A stretch of 64,000 nucleotides of DNA from Macrostomum hystrix (Eukaryota > Animalia > Platyhelminthes): NCBI GenBank assembly GCA_950097015.1, contig CATNEN010000038.1:32302001-32366000 (forward strand), read 5' to 3'. Numbering within the stretch: the first letter of the stretch is position 1; each line of letters starts with the position of its first letter. The notes beneath the pieces are model-generated. The model made no database searches. It had not been told where the DNA came from and saw only the letters and a program-made list of their open reading frames with translations. Positions 13,733-24,146 of this stretch are shown in pieces. The position numbers were made by a program, and so were the translations under genes.

Positions 13733-14685
13733 GTATAGGTTTTGACACTCTAGATAAGACTTTAGACATTCAAAATAAGACTGCATAGGATCGCAAGCAA
13801 GCCCAGGCTAGCCACGGCCAGAGCAAGTCCAGTCTTGGCTACAGGGATGGCTTGGCCATAGACTAAAAATGGAATATCAAAATGAGAATAAGACACTCAA
13901 TATGAGACCGGGAGTGAAAGCCTTCAGATATCGCTCTAACCCTCTGACCCTCAGCCAGCTCTCTTTCTTCACCCCTTGGGTTGCATCTGACCCCTTGGAT
14001 TTCACTGTTATGGCACCATCGATTCCTGCAGCAGACCGTCAGCGTCTGATCGACGCAGTAAACAATGGATCAACCATCCTAGCTGCTGCTCAAATTCTCA
14101 AGATCAAGAGAGCGTCCGCCTTTAGGATCGCTGCGGAGTTCCGCCTCCATGGCAGAGTTGAATCCCTACCTCGTGGCGGTCGGAGAGAAGAAAATTTCAA
14201 GGCTGACAACGAGATGAGAGACTTCCTGACTGAGACGCTGGAGGAAAATCCCTTCCTCACACTCAAAGAAATGTCCTCACGTCTGGCTGCGCAGTTTCCG
14301 GGAAAGCCGCAAGTCAGCTACAAGTGCGTGGACCGAATACTGCACGGTCTGCTATACACCGTGGAGTTGGCTGTCAAAGGCACTGACGTGAGGGTGAGGA
14401 TAAATTCTGAGGCAAATATCGAAGCCTTCTAACGCAGTCCGCCAGGCTGACTTCAGTGATGGACTAAACATTTCGATATGCTATTCTGCTTCTTGTGTAT
14501 TGCCTATTTTCTCCTTAGCTGTTTGTATGGTGTAAAGCAAATAAATTACGTTCACTCCCGGTCTCATATTGAGCGTCTTATTCTCATTTTGATATTCCAT
14601 TTTTTAGTCTATGGCCAAGCCATCTCTGCAGCCAAGACTGGGCTTGCTCTGGCCGTGGCCTTGTCTAGAGTGTCAAAACCGATAC
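13733..14685 (+). mobile_element. Internally deleted Tc1/IS630-like DNA transposon with long TIRs
   Basis: Inverted repeats ~13733-13919 and ~14551-14685 (GGTTTTGACACTCTAGA...GGCCATAGACTAAAAATGGAATATCAAAATGAGAATAAGAC...), with a ~50-bp extra segment in the left copy. TSD not clear. Confidence 0.8.
14010..14432 (+). pseudogene. Truncated Tc1/IS630-like transposase: paired-like HTH DNA-binding region only, no DDE domain
   Basis: MAPSIPAADRQRLIDAVNNG...AAQILKIKRASAFRI...LPRGGRR...LEENPFLTLKEM...VDRILH; stops before any catalytic domain. Confidence 0.7.
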
Positions 14686-14901
14686 CGATTCGACTATTAA
14701 AATCATAGTCTATGTTATAAGGTGCAGTTAGCGATGCAACTCAAACTTAACTCAACATTCTAGGTCTTATATTGTTATATTTGACACCAAAGGCCGCTAA
14801 TGAGCTCATGCCTCAAAACGTCTGCCCTTTTTCATTGAAAAGCATAGCAACTAATTCCTAATAAAACTGCTTCTATTGAAAAGCAGCCAGTTTAACTTGC
14901 A

Positions 14902-17900
14902 ATGCCTGGCCAGGACCCCGTGTGTATCGGCGACTGTCTGCCCGATCTGTCTGGCACGGCCATCCTTGGCGACGATGTTGGCGATCTGGACTTGCAGGTG
15001 AGGCCTTATGCAAGACTTTTAGCTTTATGAACCGGATGATGCAACACTTTAGCTTGAAGGAAGCATGGTTTCAATCAAGTATTGCTCGTATAAGACCTCC
15101 TGCAAATAGTTTTAACAAAAACTACTTCAGTAACAACCACTTCAGTAACAACCACTTCAGTAACAACCACTTCAGTAACAACCACTTCAGTAACAACCAC
15201 TTCAGTAACAACCACTTCAGTAACAACCACTTCAGTAACAACCACTTCAGTAACAACCACTTCAGTAACAACCACTTCAGTAACAACCACTTCAGTAACA
15301 ACCACTTCAGTAACAACCACTTCAGTAACAACCACTTCAGTAACAAACAACCACTTCAGTAACAACCACTTCAGTAACAAACAACCACTTCAGTAACAAC
15401 CACTTCAGTAACAACCAATACAATACAATACAATACAATAAGTACAATGTCCACCGACCACAAGTGGCCTGAATAGGGGGGCATTGTCAAAAAAAACGTC
15501 TGGCCGCACAGTCTCTGATGAAGGCAGCGCCATTTGCCTGATCGGGCGCCCTGGCGTCTTCTAACAGACAGTCGATGAACCTCCGGGATCGCGCCTAACC
15601 TCGCCGGTATGGACCCTGCTGCGTGTGCAGCAAAACCTCCTGCAGCGGCTCCGGGCAGTAGGACTCAGTGCGGAGAGCGTGACCCGTCAGCTTCAGGCGC
15701 CGTTGTCGCAGGATCACGCTTGGAGGGCTCAGCTTTGCCCGTTGATAGAGGGCCTGGTTTGTGACATAATCGGTGTGGCGGTGGATGCTGAAGGCAGCGC
15801 GCAGCAGGCTGGAGTGAGCTGCGTCCAGCTGACGTTGCAGCACCTCCGTCATGGTCCAGGTTTCGGCATTGTAGAAAAGCACGGTTTCCACAACAGGCAG
15901 GGCGTCGCTTTGAAGCACGACTCGAACTGAGCGGAAAGCCGCCCAGGCGAGCCCTCTGCGACGTCGCAAATCCTCTTGGACACTTCAGTAACAACCACTT
16001 TGTCATGCCGTAGTCTACTAGCTCACGCATCGCTTTGCCGGTCAATCTAATATGTACATTTCACTAACTCTCGCTCACTATGTGCATGCCCATCACGCGC
16101 ACGTTGATCGTAGCGGTGGCACGTTGAGACAACGTTGAGACAACATAAATACAGTCTCGCCCTACTTAGAGGGCTCACCTTTTTCTTCACACCACACACA
16201 GCTTGACTCTTGAGTTATTACACACTTCAGTAATAACCACTTCAGTAACAACCACTTCAGTAACAACCACTTCAGTAACAACCACTTCAGTAACAACCAC
16301 TTCAGTAACAACCAATACAATACAATACAATACAATAAGTACAATGTCCACCGACCACAAGTGGCCTGAAAAGAGGGGCATTGTCAAAAAAACACGTCTG
16401 GCCGCACAGTCTCTGATGAAGGCAGCGCCAATAGCCTGATCGGGCGCCCTGGCGTGTTCTAACAGACAGTCGATGAACCTCCGGGATCGCGCCTGACCTC
16501 GCCGGTATGGACCCTGCTGCGTGTGCAGCAAAACCTCCTGCAGCGGCTCCGGGCAGTAGGACTCAGTGCGGAGAGCGTGACCCGTCAGCTTCAGGCGCCG
16601 TTGTCGCAGGATCACGCTTGGAGGGCTCAGCTTTGCCCGTTGATAGAGTTTGTGACATAATCGGTGTGGCGGTGGATGCTGAAGGCAGCGCGCAGCAGGC
16701 TGGAGTGAGCTGCGTCCAGCTGACGTTGCAGCACCTCCGTCATGGTCCAGGTTTCGGCATTGTAGAAAAGCACGGTTTCCACAACCGCCTGGAACAGTCG
16801 GGTCCTCAGCAGATCTGGCAGGGCGTCGCTTTGAAGCACGACTCGAACTGAGCGGAAAGCCGCCCAGGCGAGCCCTCTGCGACGTCGCAAATCCTCTTGG
16901 ACACTTCAGTAACAACCACTTTGTCATGCAGTAGTCTACTAGCTCACGCATCGCTTTGCCGGTCAATCTAATATGTACATTTCACTAACTCTCGCTCACT
17001 ATGTGCATGCCCATCACGCGCACGTTGATCGTAGCGGTGGCACGTTGAGACAACGTTGAGACAACATAAATACAGTCTCGCCCTACTTAGAGGGCTCACC
17101 TTTTTCTTCACACCACACACAGCTTGACTCTTGAGTTATTACACACTTCAGTAATAACCACTTCAGTAACAACCACTTCAGTAACAACCACTTCAGTAAC
17201 AACCACTTCAGTAACAACCACTTCAGTAACAACCACTTCAGTAACAACCACTTCAGTAACAACCACTTCAGTAACAACCACTTCAGTAACAACCACTTCA
17301 GTAACAACCACTTCAGTAACAACCACTTCAGTAACAACCACTTCAGTAACAACCACTTCAGTAACAACCACTTCAGTAACATCCACCGCAGTAAAAACCA
17401 GGGAAATCGAGGTGCTTGCCCCAGTATTTAAAGTACGGGAGCTTCTAATCACGCAGGCGTACAAGTCCACCAATCACTATTTGGTGGTGATATTCGTGCC
17501 CAGCGCTAAGCGCTCTTCTCGTCAGCCGTCGTGCTTCGCCGAGCTGGCCCAATTGGGCGAAGAGATGGTCAAGGAGCTGCACGAAAAGTTTAAGACCTAC
17601 GTTGTTGGCGTGGTCGATGCCACGACCGAACAGGTTGGCATCTGGATGACTGAGGAGGGCGTTGAGGGCAAGTCGCGCTGCCTGTCCTACCCGGTCATCT
17701 GCGACCCACACGGCGAGTTCAGCAGCGTGTTTGGCATGTGGCAGCGCGGCAGCAACGGTGGCGGCCTCTTCCGAGGTCACGTGATTGTTAACGAAACTGG
17801 ACGTCTGCGCCACGTGACTATAAATCATCCAGAGGTGAGGATTACTGACTTATGTAAAGTCATGAAATATAGTATGTTCCCTGCCTCGACTATACTACTG

Positions 17901-18661
17901 TTCAACATGGATAATGAACAGACATGACTAAAAAGAATAGATAAAAATCACACCTTAGACAGCTATTCAGTCTGTGGACTGGGACTAATGCGGATACCAA
18001 TTTTTAATCGGTAACTGACTAATATTATTCAAGAAAATAAATTGCCTCCATCGGACTTCCATTCTACCTGAGCTCGATCCTGATCTCATTCTACCTGAGC
18101 TCGATCCTGAGCTCATTCTACCTGAGCTCGATCCTGATCTCATTCTACCTGAGCTCGATCCTGATCTCATTCTACCTGAGCTCGATCCTGAGCTCATTCT
18201 ATCCTGAGCTCGATCCTGAGCTCATTCTACCTGAGCTCGATCCTGATCTCATTCTACCTGAGCTCGATCCTGAGCTCATTCTATCCTGAGCTCGATTCCG
18301 CGGAAAGAAGGATTGGGGGCTTGTCCTGCAATTCACGCCCAACTCCAAAGCCAACCTCCAGAGCACAGTGAAAGTGTACACTGCCTGACAATGAGAAAGT
18401 CAGGGCAGATGTCGTGGCTGCGGGTCTAATGAATGTTGTGTCATTGCCCTCAGTTATAGCTGCAGCCGGTCGATCTAAACCACCCCTAATTCGCTGCAGA
18501 TCAGTCGCAATCATCACGAGTTGTTTCGTCTCGTAGCCGCCTTCAGGCACACGGATTTGCACGGCGAAGTCTGCCCAGCAGAATGGAAGCCAGGCGATCC
18601 TACAATTATCCCGGACGCTGCTGGCAGTCAAGAGTTCTTCTGGAAAAAATGGGGCACTTGA
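14902..18661 (+). CDS. Divergent typical 2-Cys peroxiredoxin (Prx1/AhpC family), 211 aa, 3 exons
   Basis: Exons 14902-14997, 17457-17834, 18500-18661, phase-0 GT-AG. Motifs: IGDCLPDLSGTAI, YLVVIFVP..C.AE, YPVICDP, LFRGHVIVNETGRLRHVTIN, RLVAAFRHTDLHGEVCPAEWKPGDPTI. Confidence 0.85.
15417..15980 (-). mobile_element. 5'-truncated RTE-clade non-LTR retrotransposon, copy 1
   Basis: Minus-strand peptide RRRGLAWAAF...VETVLFYNAETWT...RQRRLKLTGH is typical of the post-RT C-terminus of RTE LINEs. (TTGTA)n 3' tail. Flanked on both sides by cacttcagtaacaacc. Confidence 0.8.
16314..16901 (-). mobile_element. 5'-truncated RTE-clade non-LTR retrotransposon, copy 2
   Basis: Same truncation point and flanks as copy 1, 921 bp downstream; carries different small deletions. 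Confidence 0.8.
18061..18297. repeat. 27-bp minisatellite in peroxiredoxin intron 2
   Basis: Unit ATTCTACCTGAGCTCGATCCTGA(T/G)CTC. Confidence 0.93.
18286..18430 (+). mobile_element. Fragment of tRNA-derived SINE family A
   Basis: ccgcggaaagaagg...gcacagtgaaagtgtacactgcctgacaatgagaaagtcagggcagatgt matches the copies at 30601-30966 and 51040-51388. Confidence 0.75.
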
Positions 18662-20720
18662 ACTACGAAAAAATAGTAAAAATATTATTTCATAAACACA
18701 ATTTTCGGTCTGGTTTTGTGAATGAACGACTCCGCAAGCAAACACATTGCATACGTGATAAATTGTGCAAACAATTATTTTATTGAACCAAAATTTTACG
18801 TAAAATTCTAACAGATGTATAATTAATGAACTTTCGTTTGAGCTTGCGTAAAAATACAATTTTAAAACTGCGGACACTTCCACTGCGGTCCGTTAAACGT
18901 ATAAAACGTGCAGTTTTTGAACCGGAGTTGTATGCAAAAAATAACATCAATCATCAATAAAATATGCTAACTGCTCGCTACATGATCCAGACCTTGTTTT
19001 ACTTCTTTGTACACTTCTCGTGTAATTACCTGTACTGTACGTGACGTACACGTATGTGTAATTGCAGTTGCACGCACTATAGTCCAAAAAACTATTTTCC
19101 AAAATCGTCCGAACCTCAACTATCGTCAAAAGGGTTGAGAACAAACAAGGCCATGTAATTGCAGTGTACGAATCGAAAAGTTATTTTTGAAGTTCGATCC
19201 TTTTTTATTTACCTGTGGAAGAATTTTACCCACGTTTCGAATTATATCAATGCGTTTTTTCTGACTGACTTTAATTCCACGAAAGAGGTTTAAAGAGAGT
19301 GCACGGAAAGATACAACTAGCTTGCTGTGTACCTCGGATTGGGGAAAAATTTCCATAGAACGGCAGATATTGCGAGTGCACATAACAAACACGAGGGTGT
19401 TAAACAAATTCCGACACTGTCCTCGATCCACTTTTAAAACTGAGAAGCTCACCAAGGACGACTCGAGTAACTTGTATACATATATGCATTTATACTTATA
19501 CATGCCAACATAATATTCTAGCGTATAGTGTAGTCCTCGACGCTCACACACAGTCGCTAAATTTTTCGAGTAGTAAAAATGTAAAAAACACATGTACAAG
19601 AACAATTGTAAGTATCTGCAACGAATTAGTATCTATAATATATTTAAAAGTTTTCCTATTATTGGTTCTTCACTATTCTTGTAAACTCAACAAAGCCTGA
19701 GCAAGTAATTTCCTTGTGACGGTTGTATCAATCGTAATCGTATATTTTTATTGTAATCTATTTTATTTTGTACTCTTATTCATTATAACAATACTAGTAT
19801 ACATGCGAAATTATTCACTATACATATAATCTTAGTTCTATTCGTAATTTGACTTTGCATATGTATTTACAAGTATTGTTGCACAATTCTTTTCTGTTCT
19901 AAGATGAATTACAAAGGTAGAACTTGCATGGTTCCTCACCTTGCATGACAGATTATTTTTATTGCTTATTTCTGTATGCGTATTAGTATGAGTATTATTG
20001 TACTATATTTATCTAACACGCTGTCGAACTGTTTTAAGCAGAGCCTTGCCGCCGCCCGTCCCTTACCAAACGCAGCCGATCAACCCATATAACATTGAAT
20101 ATAAACACTAAACAGATTTAAACCTGATTAGATCATAAGTCGCCCAACTAGTTAATATTATCGTCTATAAATAAGGCCGCCAGGTTGGCAACGCTTACAT
20201 GATATTATTCGTTAGTACATACCGCAGCACCACAATCGAGTGATCATTGGTCTTCATCATTCTTTCCACAACTTCGTCACATCAATCCAAGTGTAGGATT
20301 TGGGAGGAATCCCTGTGTTGGATTTCGGATTTCGGACCTGGGAATTTTCTCATGGAATTTTTTAACCAGTTGGGACAGTCAGTTCAATAGTGGCTTGTAA
20401 AATCTATTTAAAAAATAACTGTGTTTTGTGATTATTATTTAGGACAGAGTCTTTAGGTACGAACGACATATTAGTTTAAACAAAAACTTTCGTCAGAATT
20501 TTTTTCGCTTGAGTATTTTTTAGTTTGTTTGCGCAGTTAAGACATTATTTTTGCTAATAATTATTCTGAATTACATTGATTTGGTTATTTACATATTAAT
20601 AATTAAAATCACTACATATTTAACTATAAGGAAATTTTTATCTTTCTCCGAAAGTCACATTTAGGGTTATTAATAATTTTTTGTGTATGGTCATTTCGAA
20701 TAAAACGGAAGTAAGCTAAT

Positions 20721-21203
20721 ATGCAGATTCTAAGCCTATTGATTTTCGCGCTTCTCACTTTCGGCTCCTGTTATGCAGCTGAAACTTGGTGCTATCGATG
20801 CCACAGTGGTCAGTCTGGATGTGGAGAGTCTTTGGATATTCGCTTGCAGCACTGGAAACAGTGTGACAACTCAAAGCTGGATGTCAACTATTGCGTAAAG
20901 TACGTCGAGAGCATTGGTGGGCAGAAATATGTCACTCGCGGTTGTCTCGATGGCTTTTTAGATGCGACAGTTCACAGAACTGAAATGCCTATGATTCGTC
21001 GTCACGGATACTGCATCTATTCCAAGACATTCCAAAATACTCTGGACCAGAGACCCGACAAGAAAATTGACGAAGATATTGACGAATTTAAGAAGTACTG
21101 CTTCTGTAATGATTGGAATGGTTGCAACTTTGCTCATCGTCAAGCTGCTGCTTCTATTCTTCTTGTGATTTTGTGTGGTTCCATTTCGTTTTTATTTCAC
21201 TGA
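20721..21203 (+). CDS. Ly6/uPAR three-finger protein (quiver/sleepless-like), secreted and probably GPI-anchored
   Basis: Intronless 160 aa. Signal peptide, CYRC...C...C...CVK...TRGC...C...YCFCNDWNGCN, hydrophobic C-terminal tail. Confidence 0.85.
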   Translation: MQILSLLIFALLTFGSCYAAETWCYRCHSGQSGCGESLDIRLQHWKQCDNSKLDVNYCVKYVESIGGQKYVTRGCLDGFLDATVHRTEMPMIRRHGYCIYSKTFQNTLDQRPDKKIDEDIDEFKKYCFCNDWNGCNFAHRQAAASILLVILCGSISFLFH

Positions 21204-22949
21204 ATTCCTTGCAATGTCAATGTCAATGTCAATGTAAAACTGTAATATGAATATTTATTTGGATTTTGTGCTTACCCAATTACGCAAAGACTTATTTAAA
21301 ACATACGAAGTCACATATTAGAAAGACTTAGCTTAAATGTGACAAGCAAATGACAGAATTTATATTATTCTTAAAATAGTAGCAAGTACAACTAAAGCTA
21401 GAGCTGCTAGACCTACTGTTCATTCGATTTTATTGAGAGCTTGTATGAGCAAAATTTTAGATGTTTCAGCAACTTTTTAAATAGTGTGCATGCCACATTA
21501 GAACTGAAATTATCTCTATTAGAGCTTGGTGCAAATTGAATAAGAAATACAAAAGAAAAGATTTATGCGAATTCTTATACATTTTTATGTAACATGCCAC
21601 ATTTGATTTAATAAAACATTAGCTTCTAATGCATCAGATAGCTTCTAAAACATGAAACTTGAAGCCTTGATCATGCTTGTTGTGGGCATTGTTATTTGTA
21701 GGCTTATAGTGGTTGTAAACTAATGGCTACCAGTCAGAAAATGAAAAAAATGCTGTAAATTCGTAGCTACTATAGCTGCAAGTAGCTTTCTTTGACTACA
21801 TTTTTTCAACTATTAGGTGGGTACTAAAGACAACTTTGAAACTGTGTGAATGGCTACCATACACATAAGCTCTCAATTTTTTTCAAGGTCTATTTGGATA
21901 ATTATAACTTTACATGATAAATAAATTGGGTAGCCAGCTAGTTTGATGTGCAGTTAAGTCTGTCTTAAAAAGTCTGAGTTCTATCTAGATATGTCTTGTA
22001 TATTCTCTTATTTAAGGAAAAATGTCAATATCTAGCATATTAATCAATATTGTTCTGGCTTGCTAATACTAAGATATTGGACATAAAGTTTTGATCATTG
22101 ATCTTGTTGTTGATTTTTTAACTCAATCATTTATATTCTAATATTTGGTGTACACAAGCTTCTATAAGCTTTATAAAATATAGCAGTCAACTGAGTTTAT
22201 CTAACCCGTTACATAGTTTTCAAATGTGTGACCTTAATTGTGGACTAAAACTGTAAAAGAAGAAATTGTAAAGAACCCCTAGGCTTAACTTCAACATGTT
22301 GCTAATGTTTAAAATAAGTATTGTTTATCTATTTATTATTTTAACACTTAAAATTTCAACAATTTGTCTAAATTTTACATCATAGTTTTTAGTTGCTCTC
22401 TTTGTGTGAAAATTATTTATACTGTTTAACATTCATTCGTACTTCTGTAGCTATTGATAAAATTTATGTTTTTTACTGTGTTTCAGTTGGCACCATTTTC
22501 ATTTCATTTTTGTATTTATACTTCAAATCAATATATTTCAGTAACTGTACATTATTTTTGTTAAAATTTTATCAAAGTCTTGCACCTTTAAATGAAAAAG
22601 GAATTTGATTGTTGTTTTGCAAGCCATTAGTTTATTCATCTATAATAAGTACAACCCAAATGTTTCTAGTAAAAATCATGAAATTTCTAACAATTTGATA
22701 AAATCTGATTTCATTATAAAAAACTTTTACAACAATTTTGTGAATTCCCTTTTTCTTGGTTTCTTGTATGCACTGTAGTTATGATAAAATGTAACATGCC
22801 GATCGGCCAATTTTTGAAATAAACAATTTTCTACTATGGACTTGTTTTCTATTTCTTATTTTCTTTAATTTAAGTACAGAACCATTAAATGAAGCAACTT
22901 ATTTGCATGCAGCTATAGTCTTATTTTTATTCTCATATCATTCACTTTA

Positions 22950-24030
22950 TCCTTCAGGGTCAAATCGTCTTTCGTCCTTCAGGTTCAAATCCCCTGGATC
23001 CTTCAGAGTCAAATCCTCTTTGATCCTTCAGGGTCAAATCCCCCTGGATCCTTCAGGGTCGAATCCCCTTGTTCCTTCAGAGTAAAATCCTCTTGATCCT
23101 TAATTGTCAAATCCCCTTGGTCGTTTAGGGTCAAATCCCCTTGATTCTTCAGGGTCGAATCCCCTTGATCCTTCAGGGTCAAATCCCCTTGATCCTTCAG
23201 GGTCAAATCCCCTTGGTCCTTCAGGGTCAAATCCCCATGATCCTTCAGAGTAAAATCCTCTTGATCCTTAATTGTCAAATCCCCTTGGTCGTTTAGGGTC
23301 AAATCCCCTTGATTCTTCAGGGTCGAATCTCCTTGATCCTTCAGGGTCAAATCCCCTTGATCCTTCAGGGTCTAATCCCCTTGGTCCTTCAGGGTCAAAT
23401 CCCCATGATCCTTCAGAGTAAAATCCTCTTGATCCTTAATTGTCAAATCCCCCTGGTCGTTTAGGGCCAAATCCCCTTGATTCTTCAGGGTCGAATCTCC
23501 TTGATCCTTCAGGGTCAAATCCCCTTGATCCTTCAGGGTCTAATCCCCTTGGTCCTTCAGGGTCAAATCCCCATGATCCTTCAGAGTAAAATCCTCTTGA
23601 TCCTTAATTGTCAAATCCCCCTGGTCGTTTAGGGCCAAATCCCCTTGATTCTTCAGGGTCGAATCTCCTTGATCCTTCAGGGTCAAATCCCCTTGATCCT
23701 TCAGGGTCTAATCCCCTTGGTCCTTCAGGGTCAAATCCCCATGATCCTTCAGAGTAAAATCCTCTTGATCCTTAATTGTCAAATCCCCCTGGTCGTTTAG
23801 GGCCAAATCCCCTTGATTCTTCAGGGTCGAATCCCCTTGATTCTTTCAGGGTCAAATCCTCTTGATCCTTCATGGTCAAATCCCCTTGGTCCTTCAGGGT
23901 CAAATGCCCTTGATCCTTCAGGGCAGGCCGAATCCTCCTTGATATTTCACGGTAACACTGTTTAATTATCTTTGAAATCCTTCAAGGTCAAATCCTTTAT
24001 GAATTTTCATGGTGGGTCAAATCCTTCAGC
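22950..24030. repeat. 21-bp minisatellite with 168-bp (8-mer) higher-order repeat
   Basis: Unit GATCCTTCAGGGTCAAATCCCCTT-like. The variant agtaaaatcc recurs at 23081, 23249, 23417, 23585 and 23753. Confidence 0.93.
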
Positions 24031-24146
24031 AATGGAGCGTTGATAAGCGAAAAATTGCCGTAGTTTAGTCATACTTAAAAATAGCTAATAAGTGTGCAAA
24101 GAAATCAATTTTTCATCCTTGCCAGACTTGCCAGTCGGCATAGAAC

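Larger units (their letters stand above)
15117..17380. repeat. 15-bp minisatellite arrays (15117-15416, ~16223-16313, ~17144-17380) in peroxiredoxin intron 1
   Basis: Unit AACCACTTCAGTAAC. Confidence 0.95.

Noticed and set aside
17124-17456. Thr-rich mucin-like N-terminus on the peroxiredoxin ORF
   Set aside because: It is the 15-bp array read in frame; a proper acceptor exists at 17455-56 and a homologous exon 1 at 14902-14997.
19126-19605. 159-aa minus-strand ORF
   Set aside because: AT-rich, no recognisable motif or splice support; probably a degraded repeat.
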